Virus record (IMG/VR): IMGVR_UViG_3300025648_000012
Span: 64,001 to 128,000 of that record
Direction: 5' to 3' (one strand)
Length of the DNA stretch: 64,000 bases
Source: a virus
Part shown: piece after piece, positions 8,876 through 17,563 of the stretch
Layout: every line of letters begins with the position of its first letter
Position numbering within the stretch: the stretch's first letter is position 1
Program-made: the position numbers and the translations under genes
The notes under the pieces: generated by a model
Told to the model about the DNA's origin: nothing
What the model saw: only the letters and a program-made list of their open reading frames with translations
Databases searched by the model: none

Positions 8876-9673
8876 ATGAAAGAAAATCTTGTAGCGGGAG
8901 CAGTATGGTTTAACAGCAAGGGGAAAGAGCATCTGGTACTTGGAATTTCTAATGCGCATTTGAGTGAGCAACAGCAAGCCAAGCATCCACCATTGGTCGT
9001 ATTCCTTGACCCAGATGGAAATTTGTCAACTCTTTCGGAAGAAAAGTTTACTGCATTTTTGCAATTTGAAAAGGTAAGTGATAATCTCGAAAGTGTCTTT
9101 GACGATCTTCTTAGCATGTTTGTAAGTGGTGAGTACGCACCCACCGAAGAACCAGAGGATTCAAAGGAAAGCACTGAACAGGAGAAAGCACTACTTTCAA
9201 TTCAAACTCAAGCTGAAAATGATGTAGAAATTGAAAACTACGGTGAAAGTAAGTTCTCAGTGGTATCAGACGCAGTTGAAAAGGAAATCAACAATGAGCT
9301 AAATTTGGCTTTTGTTTCCTATGAAGAATCTCCTTATGGAGCTACTGAAAATTCACTGCATACTCTTACTTTTGATGCTTCTGCCGTTGAGTACGCAACC
9401 CTGCTAAAGGTGTTTGCAGACCCAACAAAAGTTTCCAAGTTTTCAGTTAATGAACTTGTTGTTGAGTATGATGCTTATATCGTAGTAAGTAAGTGCGTGT
9501 TTTCTGATGGAGGAGAGGCTTACAAGGTATATTTGGTATCAGAAAACCTTCCCATTCACTCTTACCGCTCTACAGAGCTTTTAGCAGAGCTGATTCATGC
9601 AGAGATCGCTAAGCCAGTGTTTGAAGCCAAAACCACTGTTACCGTACAACCAAAAGTTGTTAACTTGGCATGA
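8876..9673 (+). CDS. Hypothetical acidic protein
   Basis: 265-aa ORF with an AAGGAG RBS. Confidence 0.7.
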   Translation: MKENLVAGAVWFNSKGKEHLVLGISNAHLSEQQQAKHPPLVVFLDPDGNLSTLSEEKFTAFLQFEKVSDNLESVFDDLLSMFVSGEYAPTEEPEDSKESTEQEKALLSIQTQAENDVEIENYGESKFSVVSDAVEKEINNELNLAFVSYEESPYGATENSLHTLTFDASAVEYATLLKVFADPTKVSKFSVNELVVEYDAYIVVSKCVFSDGGEAYKVYLVSENLPIHSYRSTELLAELIHAEIAKPVFEAKTTVTVQPKVVNLA

Positions 9674-10674
9674 CACAGTTAAAGCTGATTATAGCAAAAG
9701 AAAACGAAGGGAAACCCTTCTTGGGTAGAGTATTAAAAACTACCCAAGAAGGGTATGAGGGTTTGAAAGAGAAAAATCTTCACATGGATGGGCTTCAACA
9801 AGAGTTTTCTATTGCTAAAAAGAATGTAATTGCAATTCTAAACACTAAAGCCCTAATTGAAGGTAACTGTTTTGGGTTGAACCCCAAGGAGGTATTTAGA
9901 AAGAAAACTAACCATGACTTTGGAGACTTGTGCTGGTTTTACACTCCTTCTTCTGAAAAAAAAGAAATAATTTTATCTGCTTTTGATAAGGCTTGGAGAT
10001 TACTCAAAAAGAACAGGTTAGAGTATCCTGTAGATGAAACCGTATGGGAAATTCGGCCCTCTAAAAAAGTAAAGCACTCAGGAATGTACAAAAGCAAGGG
10101 TAAAATAGAACCAGCAATTTTTGAGGTTCGTCCAGAACTCATGGAAAAAGAAAGGGACATGACCTATGTTGTACTTCATGAGGTAGGGCACCACCTGCAT
10201 GATGTATACTTTACTCATGACAAAGGAAACGCAGCATGGATTAAATTGTTTGAAAAAACAGTAATGGCAAGACCCGTTTCAAAAGAAGAGTTGAGCAGAA
10301 TTAAAAATGAATTATTAAATGGAGAAGTATTACCCTCCAAGTTAATAAAGTCAGTAGCGGAAGAAGACCAGCCTGCCATACGGACAATTTTGAGGCATAT
10401 TAGAACAAACAATAACTTGTCACCAAGAGAGTTAGATTTGTTGTTTGTGCATGAGCAAGCCCTGTTTTCTTCAATTTGGCCTGACAAAGGTATAACAGAA
10501 AAAGATTTGAAGCCCATAATTTCTGAATATGCCACCAAGAATTATAAGGAACTGTTTGCTGAAGCCTTTTCTTTTTGGTTAACCGGTAGAATAACAGAGT
10601 CAGGCGAATTTCCATCTGCCGTTGAAAAACTATTAGAAAAGAGTTTGTCTGTAGTTAGAGACAACTTGAAGTAG
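9670..10674 (+). CDS. Zincin metallopeptidase-like protein
   Basis: HEVGH motif plus downstream SEYATKNYKELFAEAF, which supplies the third-ligand Glu motif. Confidence 0.7.
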   Translation: MTQLKLIIAKENEGKPFLGRVLKTTQEGYEGLKEKNLHMDGLQQEFSIAKKNVIAILNTKALIEGNCFGLNPKEVFRKKTNHDFGDLCWFYTPSSEKKEIILSAFDKAWRLLKKNRLEYPVDETVWEIRPSKKVKHSGMYKSKGKIEPAIFEVRPELMEKERDMTYVVLHEVGHHLHDVYFTHDKGNAAWIKLFEKTVMARPVSKEELSRIKNELLNGEVLPSKLIKSVAEEDQPAIRTILRHIRTNNNLSPRELDLLFVHEQALFSSIWPDKGITEKDLKPIISEYATKNYKELFAEAFSFWLTGRITESGEFPSAVEKLLEKSLSVVRDNLK

Positions 10675-10705
10675 ACCACACTAGCATTTTAAGGAGAGTA
10701 AACTA

Positions 10706-10912
10706 ATGAACCTAATTCCATTTTTTGGCAAGCATAAATATATTACTCGGGAGAACCGCAAGTTTCGTGTTCGGTATTCACTTAAAGGAGAAACTATAAC
10801 TATTGGTTCCTTTGATAACTTGGACTTGGCTTGTTGGAAAAGAAACGTGCATTTTGCACATAACCTGGAACTACATAATAATGTATCCACTTTAGCATTT
10901 AGAACGGGATGA
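10706..10912 (+). CDS. Small AP2-like DNA-binding domain protein
   Basis: KFRVRYSLKGETITIGSFDNLDLA resembles the AP2 domain of HNH-AP2 endonucleases. Confidence 0.5.
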   Translation: MNLIPFFGKHKYITRENRKFRVRYSLKGETITIGSFDNLDLACWKRNVHFAHNLELHNNVSTLAFRTG

Positions 10913-10933
10913 ATTTAGAAAAGGAGTAAAGGC

Positions 10934-11422
10934 ATGACTACCAAAAAATCAATCTCTACAGCTGAATTTGTAGAGGAGTGTAAAAAACAAAATAAAATGG
11001 AGAATTTAGATTACTCCAAGGTAGTCTACTCCACTCAAAAAGAAAAAGTAACCGCAACCTGTGCAATACATGGTGATTTTTCGCGTACAGCTATGAGCTT
11101 GAAAAAAGCGCTAATACCCTGTATTAAGTGCAGAAAAACTTTTCAAGTAAGCAAAAAAGAAAAGGAACCACCTAAAGTTTCGATTCCTCAATACCAGAGA
11201 ATTGGTGTTTATTCTAAAGGGTCACAAACGCCAATGTTCGTTGTAACTATGGCAGATAATTCAGAAGAAAAAGTAATGAACTTTGTCAAACTTTATGGTA
11301 TTGATTTGCCTAAATCTTTTGAGATTAGGCCAGTGACTTCTGCGACAGATTATGTCAGTTGGAGTTTTGGGAGAGCAAAATTGCATAGTAAAAACTTTGT
11401 TGAAGAGGAGTTGGCTGCTTAA
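10934..11422 (+). CDS. DUF723-like zinc-ribbon domain protein
   Basis: DYSKVVY.....KVTATCAIHGDF.......CIKC pattern. Confidence 0.6.
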   Translation: MTTKKSISTAEFVEECKKQNKMENLDYSKVVYSTQKEKVTATCAIHGDFSRTAMSLKKALIPCIKCRKTFQVSKKEKEPPKVSIPQYQRIGVYSKGSQTPMFVVTMADNSEEKVMNFVKLYGIDLPKSFEIRPVTSATDYVSWSFGRAKLHSKNFVEEELAA

Positions 11423-11426
11423 TTTT

Positions 11427-11503
11427 GTGCCCGTAGCTCAACTGGATAGAGCACCAGCCTTCTAAGCTGGGGGTCGCTGGTTCGAGTCCAGCCGGGCACG
11501 CCA
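11427..11503 (+). tRNA. trnR: tRNA-Arg (anticodon UCU)
   Basis: Acceptor stem GTGCCCG/CGGGCAC, D arm, anticodon arm CCAGC-CTTCTAA-GCTGG, T loop GGTTCGAGTCC, encoded CCA. Confidence 0.97.
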
Positions 11504-11521
11504 TAGTTAATAGGGGTAAAA

Positions 11522-11725
11522 ATGCTAAAGCCAACGGGACAACTAAGGTACTTGAAGCAGTTTCTTCCTATATTTCGTGCGGAAGAACGTTCATCTTTGA
11601 ATACTAATCTTGGTTATACAAAAATAACTTTACAGCGTCTTTGGGTAGATGAACAAAATCCAGAAGGGAGTGAGTGGAGACCAGATGAGGATATTCCAAT
11701 AGTTTACGAGGTAACATTATGCTAA
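11522..11725 (+). CDS. Small hypothetical protein (paralog of 11719)
   Basis: MLKPT..LR...LQ..W....EWR pattern shared with the next ORF. Confidence 0.6.
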   Translation: MLKPTGQLRYLKQFLPIFRAEERSSLNTNLGYTKITLQRLWVDEQNPEGSEWRPDEDIPIVYEVTLC

Positions 11726-11928
11726 AACCAACACATAGATTGAGGTTTATTCGGAGGATAGGTACTGAGCAAATCATACAGCCTAATGATAAAAACTATA
11801 GGTTGTTTGCAGGAACTGCTGTTTCTCCATGTGTTAAACTTCAACAATACTGGGAATGCCCACAAAATAGCAAACCTCCAGAATGGAGAGATGCTTATTA
11901 TATAGTTTTAGATACAGTACGTCTGTAA
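11719..11928 (+). CDS. Small hypothetical protein (paralog of 11522)
   Basis: Same pattern as ORF 11522, with a GAGG RBS. Confidence 0.6.
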   Translation: MLKPTHRLRFIRRIGTEQIIQPNDKNYRLFAGTAVSPCVKLQQYWECPQNSKPPEWRDAYYIVLDTVRL

Positions 11929-11939
11929 ATAATAGGTTA

Positions 11940-12200
11940 GAACAAGCGCGCTCCCGCGCGAGTAAGGAGCTCAGTACTGTTTCCCCTTTACAGTACAAAA
12001 CCTTTCGGTAGATTGAGCATAACCGTCCCAATTTGGGTGCAAGGGAAAGTTGAGTGGCAACTCAGCCCCAGCTGCAGGGGATATAACTATCCGGTGGAAA
12101 CAAGCTACGAGTGCGCTCGTAGGGCTATGCCACAGCCTTTACATGACCGCCGGAGGGCTTGTAGGTAGATAGCCCTTAAATGCGTGCAGCACCCAACCTT
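11940..12200 (+). ncRNA. Candidate structured non-coding RNA, unclassified
   Basis: No credible ORF. About 52% GC (126/240 counted for 11941-12180). At least seven helices and two or three potential pseudoknots. Strand inferred from context. Confidence 0.65.
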
Positions 12201-12221
12201 TTAACACATAAGGAGTGTAGA

Positions 12222-12803
12222 ATGGAAAAAATAACTGCAACGAAAGTAATTGAACCCTTAGAAACGAATTTGGTTGAGTACGTTAAAGAGCATCTTTCTA
12301 CTAAAATTAGTAAATCTAAACTCGATCCTATCGAAACGTATGAAGGAGGAGACGTTTATAATTTTGGGGATGATGAAACTGGTTACTATGTTCTTGTAGT
12401 AAGAAATGAAGTTGTATACTTTGTTAGGTACAAAAAAATAAAACACAATCAGATGCACTTTGGTAGGCAAGTGTTGGTTTATAGTAATCGAGTTGTACCA
12501 GAAACAGCCGAATTTGCTAGGTACATATTTTTTCAAAAGCTATTGCCTAGATACCACTCACTAATTGCTGACCAATTGCAAACACCTGACGGTAAACGTT
12601 TTTGGCAATATTCTATGATTTATTCTTTTGGAAAACATTATGTATATTTTTTGGATAGAAGGTCTTCTCCAAATAGGTTAATTCAGTTGCATAACCGATC
12701 TGACATGAATTTATATGGAGATCAACTTTGGGGTACTACAGAAGGTCACAAAAGAACTTTTGCTGTAATTAGTGATAGAGCATTAAAATTAGCAACAAAG
12801 TAA
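12222..12803 (+). CDS. Hypothetical protein, possibly remote GNAT-like fold
   Basis: AAGGAG RBS before ATG 12222. C-terminal ADQLQTPDGKRFW motif. Confidence 0.6.
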   Translation: MEKITATKVIEPLETNLVEYVKEHLSTKISKSKLDPIETYEGGDVYNFGDDETGYYVLVVRNEVVYFVRYKKIKHNQMHFGRQVLVYSNRVVPETAEFARYIFFQKLLPRYHSLIADQLQTPDGKRFWQYSMIYSFGKHYVYFLDRRSSPNRLIQLHNRSDMNLYGDQLWGTTEGHKRTFAVISDRALKLATK

Positions 12804-12827
12804 TTAGTGCAGTACACAAAAGGCCTT

Positions 12828-12900
12828 TGCTACGGGCCAATAATTTTAGCCGCCTAAAAGCTGCCATTGCGAAAAGATGGCCCCGTATAGCAGTAAGCGG
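12828..12900 (+). promoter_or_regulatory. Structured leader upstream of the DNA polymerase gene
   Basis: Closing stem TACGGG/CCCGTA encloses two hairpins. Loop CCGC is complementary to GCGG at 12897. Confidence 0.45.
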
Positions 12901-12921
12901 GATTAAAAGAAGGAATTTTTC

Positions 12922-15747
12922 ATGCCTCTAGCTCCCTTTCTTCCAAAAGACTGGAACGACCATTCTCAGCGACTCTTAGTAATTTTGGAAAATACTCCAG
13001 AAGAGTGTGCTATTCAAAATACTCTAAATACTAAAATAGTAATGAACCCTGCAATGTACCCAAAGCATGGTTTACCTGTTGCTATATTTCCTTTTTCTGA
13101 TAGGGATTACCACAATCTAAAGCCCAATGCAAAGGGTATTTTGCTTTCTAAATACCGCGCTAAATGCCTAGCTTTCATTGAAAAGTATAAACCAACACAC
13201 GTTATTTTTTCAGGCAATGATAATCCTTGGGACATTCCTTTTAACCAGTTGGGTTGGGTTTATAAGAAAAATGGAGTTAGAGTAACCACTTCTTTAGATT
13301 TAGATAAAATCTACAGCTACAAAGGAGGGGTTTATGCCAACGCAGTTGGTCTTTTTATAGACCACCTTAATACTCTACTTGGAACTTCTAATGGACGCCC
13401 CCTACAGAACATTGAACCATCTCCAGTTTACGTAGATACGTTAGAAAAATTTGAAAAACTTTTAGCTAAACTGGAAGAAAGTAGAGTGATAGCAATAGAT
13501 ACAGAAACAGCTGGATTATCTGTACACACCAACAATGCACTCTATACAGTTCAGTTTAGTGTTTCTTCAACTAAAGCATATATCGTTCCAGTAGACCATC
13601 CTACAACTCCCTTTTCTAAAGAAGACCTTAAGATAGTAAAACAAAAACTACGAAAGTTCTTTGCGAGTACTGGTAAAGAGCTTGTATTCTTTAATGGAAA
13701 ATTTGATTTGAGAATACTCCGTGTCTTTCTAAAAGTGGAGTTCATAAGGCATAAAATATGGGAAATTAGGTCTGGAGAACATGCTTTAGACGAAGGCGTA
13801 CAGCTATTAGTAAATTTTAAGCCTAAAGGAGCAAGTAAACTTTATAACCCAGGTAATTTAGCTAACACAGTATCGAGGTATGGTAACGATTTTTATTACG
13901 GATCAGCTTTCGGAAAGGATGACCGGTCTACAATAGGTCACATTGCTTGTGATAATCCAGATTTCTTAAAGTATGCAGCAATGGATGTTCAAACAATTTT
14001 TGGTGTTAGAGACTGCCAGCTACAAAGAGCAGAAAAACAAGGTAGGTTAAATTCTTTTAGAAAACACATGCTTTACCAGATGGGACCTACTGAACACCAA
14101 CTATCACTGCTTGAGCAAAATGGGTCTTTAGTTTCAATTCCAAAAATTAAAGAATTAGTCTCTAAAAAATCTCCTATAATTAAAATTATTGAGGAATCAA
14201 CTTTAGAACTTTCAATGTACCCCCAAGTAATACAGGCTAACAAGTTAGTTGCTCAAAAATCATCAACTGCAAACCCCTTATTTGGTACACCCTGGGTGTT
14301 TTCTTGGACAAAAGGAGACCATCTAAAAACATTATTTTTTGAAGTCTTGCAGCTTGCACCCTTATCAAAGACTAAGTCGGGTAAAGACGCTATTGACAAA
14401 GAATTTATTGCGTTTTACAAAGATAGGTCTTTTATTGTAGATTTGTATGGTCAATTAGCAGAAGCTAGAACAGTTGCAAGAACTTTCCTAACAGGAGTTT
14501 TGCAGAGGTTAGAATTATCAGAAGATAAAGATTCAAAAATGCGTTCAAGATTTGATGTATTCAATGTTGATACAGGACGCTTAGGTTCTGCTGACCCAAA
14601 CCAGCAGAATTTTCCTTCTCGTGGTAAGTTAGCAAAACTGGTTAAGTCTATATTCATAAGTGCTGAATCTCATATTTTAATCAAGTACGATTATTCAGCA
14701 CATGAAGTTAGATGCTGGGCAATAGCAGCAAACGACGAGGTACTCGGCTCCGTATTTGAAACAGGAAGACAGCTCCGTAGAAAGTTAATTAAAAATCCAA
14801 CAGAAGAAATACGGCAGGAAATAAAGAAAAAAGGTGACTTGCATATTCTTAATGTAAAGAGGTTTTTCAATAAATGGGTGGAAAAATCTGATCCATTGCG
14901 AGAAGCAGTTAAATCGGTTATATTTGGAGCAATCTACTTAATGACAGCAAGAACTCTTGGTAGAAATACGAAAAAACCTGAGATTGTTGAAATACAAGCG
15001 TTAATGCGAAAAGCTCGAGATGAAAAACAACCCATTGAACCGTACATGGAAAGACTTGAGGAGCTTTTAGAAGAGGATAGAACCGAGTATGCAAATAACA
15101 TTCTTAATAAACTATTTTCTGCATTTAAGAAATCTTCAAAATGGTTAGATTCCGTTACAAGAAGTGCCGCAAAAAAGCAACAAGCAGAGTCTCCAATAGG
15201 CCGAGTTAGGCATCTTTGGGCTACTCTTTTTGAAGATAAAAGTCTAACTGCTAAACAAATAAGAAGAGGAGCAAATGCTCCAATTCAGGGTTTTGGCTCT
15301 GAAATAGGTGTAGTTTCTTCCTACTTAATATGCAATACGTGGAATAAACTCTTTCCCAAAGTAAATGTTGAGTTTAGCAGAATAATCCACGATGCGTCTT
15401 ATTTCCATGTTCCAATAGAATACTCTGTAGAGTTTATTCATGTTATGTCATACATGGCAACTACTGGAGTTGCAGATTACTATGAAAGGCATTTTGGACT
15501 AAAAATGGTAGTCAATCCTGAGATAGAAATTGAGCTTGGAGTTTCCGATGACAAGTTTGAAAAATGGAATTGGGAACTGCCGTCTTTGGTTTCTTTAATG
15601 GAAAAAACACTAAAAGACAAGGGGGAAACCCACAGTCTAAAGCACATATTTAGATCTTGGAAGAATAACTCAATGAAAAATTTTCCACTATTGAATGTAG
15701 AGTTATCCAAGGAATTGAGAACTGAATACCAAAAACTTAGAGCATAA
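12922..15747 (+). CDS. polA: Family A DNA polymerase with 3'-5' exonuclease and an extra N-terminal domain
   Basis: ExoI IDTET, ExoII FNGKFD, ExoIII YAAMD, TGRLGS..PNQQN, motif A DYSAHEVR, motif B KSVIFGAIY, NAPIQG, motif C IHDA. Confidence 0.95.
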   Translation: MPLAPFLPKDWNDHSQRLLVILENTPEECAIQNTLNTKIVMNPAMYPKHGLPVAIFPFSDRDYHNLKPNAKGILLSKYRAKCLAFIEKYKPTHVIFSGNDNPWDIPFNQLGWVYKKNGVRVTTSLDLDKIYSYKGGVYANAVGLFIDHLNTLLGTSNGRPLQNIEPSPVYVDTLEKFEKLLAKLEESRVIAIDTETAGLSVHTNNALYTVQFSVSSTKAYIVPVDHPTTPFSKEDLKIVKQKLRKFFASTGKELVFFNGKFDLRILRVFLKVEFIRHKIWEIRSGEHALDEGVQLLVNFKPKGASKLYNPGNLANTVSRYGNDFYYGSAFGKDDRSTIGHIACDNPDFLKYAAMDVQTIFGVRDCQLQRAEKQGRLNSFRKHMLYQMGPTEHQLSLLEQNGSLVSIPKIKELVSKKSPIIKIIEESTLELSMYPQVIQANKLVAQKSSTANPLFGTPWVFSWTKGDHLKTLFFEVLQLAPLSKTKSGKDAIDKEFIAFYKDRSFIVDLYGQLAEARTVARTFLTGVLQRLELSEDKDSKMRSRFDVFNVDTGRLGSADPNQQNFPSRGKLAKLVKSIFISAESHILIKYDYSAHEVRCWAIAANDEVLGSVFETGRQLRRKLIKNPTEEIRQEIKKKGDLHILNVKRFFNKWVEKSDPLREAVKSVIFGAIYLMTARTLGRNTKKPEIVEIQALMRKARDEKQPIEPYMERLEELLEEDRTEYANNILNKLFSAFKKSSKWLDSVTRSAAKKQQAESPIGRVRHLWATLFEDKSLTAKQIRRGANAPIQGFGSEIGVVSSYLICNTWNKLFPKVNVEFSRIIHDASYFHVPIEYSVEFIHVMSYMATTGVADYYERHFGLKMVVNPEIEIELGVSDDKFEKWNWELPSLVSLMEKTLKDKGETHSLKHIFRSWKNNSMKNFPLLNVELSKELRTEYQKLRA

Positions 15748-15750
15748 ACT

Positions 15751-16128
15751 ATGGTTGAAAGAAGAATCCAATACCTAACAGGTTTAGAATCGCTAATTAC
15801 TTTTGAAGATCCTCCTGGAACTTCACACATCTTTCTAATTGAAGCCTACCCTCTAAAGTTTAATATGTTTTGGGTAAGACTAGTAGAGTTAGAAAGGTTA
15901 GAAAAATCTAGAGCAATGAAATCGTATTTAAGAGAATGTTGGTCTAACCGCATTTACTGTTCTTCTATTTTAAGTTTTATGCCAGCATTAGTATTATCAG
16001 TAGCAGAAAGAGTGGATTTAAGTAATCCAGAATTACTTCACCTAAATTTTGGCGGCTCTCTACTCAATGAGTATCCCAAGTTAAATTTAGAACAGTTAAC
16101 GGGCAACCCAAACACTGTAGTTCATTAG
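15751..16128 (+). CDS. Hypothetical protein
   Basis: 125-aa ORF adjacent to the polymerase gene. Confidence 0.6.
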   Translation: MVERRIQYLTGLESLITFEDPPGTSHIFLIEAYPLKFNMFWVRLVELERLEKSRAMKSYLRECWSNRIYCSSILSFMPALVLSVAERVDLSNPELLHLNFGGSLLNEYPKLNLEQLTGNPNTVVH

Positions 16129-16137
16129 GAGATTTTA

Positions 16138-16812
16138 ATGACACTTCAAACACTAATACCTTGTTTAACTCCTCAAGGAATACTCTTAGGAGCTTTTTTA
16201 ATTACTCCAACAGATTTAACTAATGTTGGAGTTTTTAATTTTTCAGAAGGGTCAGTTTCACTAACTTGGATTACATATCCAGTGGATGCAACAAACCCTT
16301 CGGGACTTAGATCCTTTTACGCCTATGTTACAAATAACCCTTCGCAATTACCAGGATTTTCTTCTTTTGTCCCTGCGGATATAACCAACTATCAGAGATG
16401 GAATGCTCCTCAAGTGGGAGGTGGGTTATCATCTCAACAAAACAATCTTCTTGAAGTTATACGGGGTGGCTTTTACTCCAATAGGAATTTGTTAGTAGTA
16501 CCCTCGTCAAGCGGAACTACGCCTACTCAACCCAATACTTGGGAAATAACTTTAGCTGCTTCTTCATTAGAAGGAATTACATTTGTTGACTTTGATTGGA
16601 CACTTTTAATTGCTGGAACTTCCATACTTCCAACCTCAAATCCGACTGGTATGAAAGCTATAGTTGTAGGTACATCCAATCAAAACAACTTGTTCAATAC
16701 GGTAAGAATACTGCTTCTTACGAGCCCTACTCCTGGTACATATAGCTTTGGATTTTTAGTAACCCAGGTTAGCGGAACTGTAACTGCAACTCTTAATTTA
16801 ATCATTGACTAG
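16138..16812 (+). CDS. Hypothetical Thr/Ser-rich beta protein, possibly virion-associated
   Basis: Composition resembles the baseplate genes. Ig-like C-terminus PTPGTYSFGFLVT. Confidence 0.5.
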   Translation: MTLQTLIPCLTPQGILLGAFLITPTDLTNVGVFNFSEGSVSLTWITYPVDATNPSGLRSFYAYVTNNPSQLPGFSSFVPADITNYQRWNAPQVGGGLSSQQNNLLEVIRGGFYSNRNLLVVPSSSGTTPTQPNTWEITLAASSLEGITFVDFDWTLLIAGTSILPTSNPTGMKAIVVGTSNQNNLFNTVRILLLTSPTPGTYSFGFLVTQVSGTVTATLNLIID

Positions 16813-16826
16813 CTTACAATTAAAAA

Positions 16827-17186
16827 ATGAAAATTTACATCTCAGGTCCTATGACAGGTATAGAAGACCTTAATTTTCCAGCCTTTCATTTTGCAGAAAA
16901 GGTACTAAAATCTGTTGCTCAGCAATTTAGCACTCATATAGAAGTAGAAAACCCTGCCAGTTGGGGGTTGCCAGCCGAACCCTATGAGGATTGCATAAAA
17001 TTTGCTATTACTAAACTTATGGACAACTGTAAATATGTAATTGCATTAGAAGGCTGGGAAAACTCTAAAGGGGCTAACGCAGAAATAGCAGTGGCTATAG
17101 CCCTTGGAATTCCTGTTCTATCTTTAGAGGACGTAACCTCAATTTTTGGAGAAAAGAATGAACAAACCCCAAATGAGTCTATCTGA
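16827..17186 (+). CDS. DUF4406 / nucleoside 2-deoxyribosyltransferase-like protein
   Basis: KIYISGPMTG...NFPAF...NPA...LEGWENSKGANAE. Confidence 0.85.
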   Translation: MKIYISGPMTGIEDLNFPAFHFAEKVLKSVAQQFSTHIEVENPASWGLPAEPYEDCIKFAITKLMDNCKYVIALEGWENSKGANAEIAVAIALGIPVLSLEDVTSIFGEKNEQTPNESI

Positions 17187-17562
17187 CGTAATCACTGAAC
17201 TTGAACTATCCTATAAGCAGGCACTTAGTAATCACGAACCCTATCTAAGGATAAGCTTTAGTGGGTTATTAAACACTTTAATACATCTTTATAACCAAAA
17301 AACACAACTAGAGAGGGAAAATGCACTTGGAGGGAGTGCAGAACCTTTTATCTGGAAACCTATAGAAACTGCTCCTAAAGATGGAACTACCATACTTGGT
17401 GCGATTATCATTAGATGTACCCGCAAAGAAATTTCTTATATGTTTGCTGGAGCAGTAAATTACTTGGAAGGAGAGTGGTGCAGTGAGTATAGAGTTTCTA
17501 GAAAGAGCACTCATAATTTAACTCATTGGATGACCCTTCCAAAAACACTTGAAGGAGAATAG
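17158..17562 (+). CDS. DUF551-family protein
   Basis: WKPIETAPKDGT...THWMTLP. Confidence 0.8.
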   Translation: MNKPQMSLSDVITELELSYKQALSNHEPYLRISFSGLLNTLIHLYNQKTQLERENALGGSAEPFIWKPIETAPKDGTTILGAIIIRCTRKEISYMFAGAVNYLEGEWCSEYRVSRKSTHNLTHWMTLPKTLEGE

Positions 17563-17563
17563 A

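Noticed and set aside
12033-12200. RNase P RNA or cobalamin riboswitch identity for the structured RNA (GGAAAGT, GTGGAAAC, TGCCACAG, AAGGGAA fragments)
   Set aside because: The RNase P-like fragments are in the wrong order and the P4 pairing is poor. There is no B12 box. Left unclassified.
11940-12200. Retron msr/msd or tmRNA
   Set aside because: No reverse transcriptase in the window, and no tRNA-like ends or tag reading frame.
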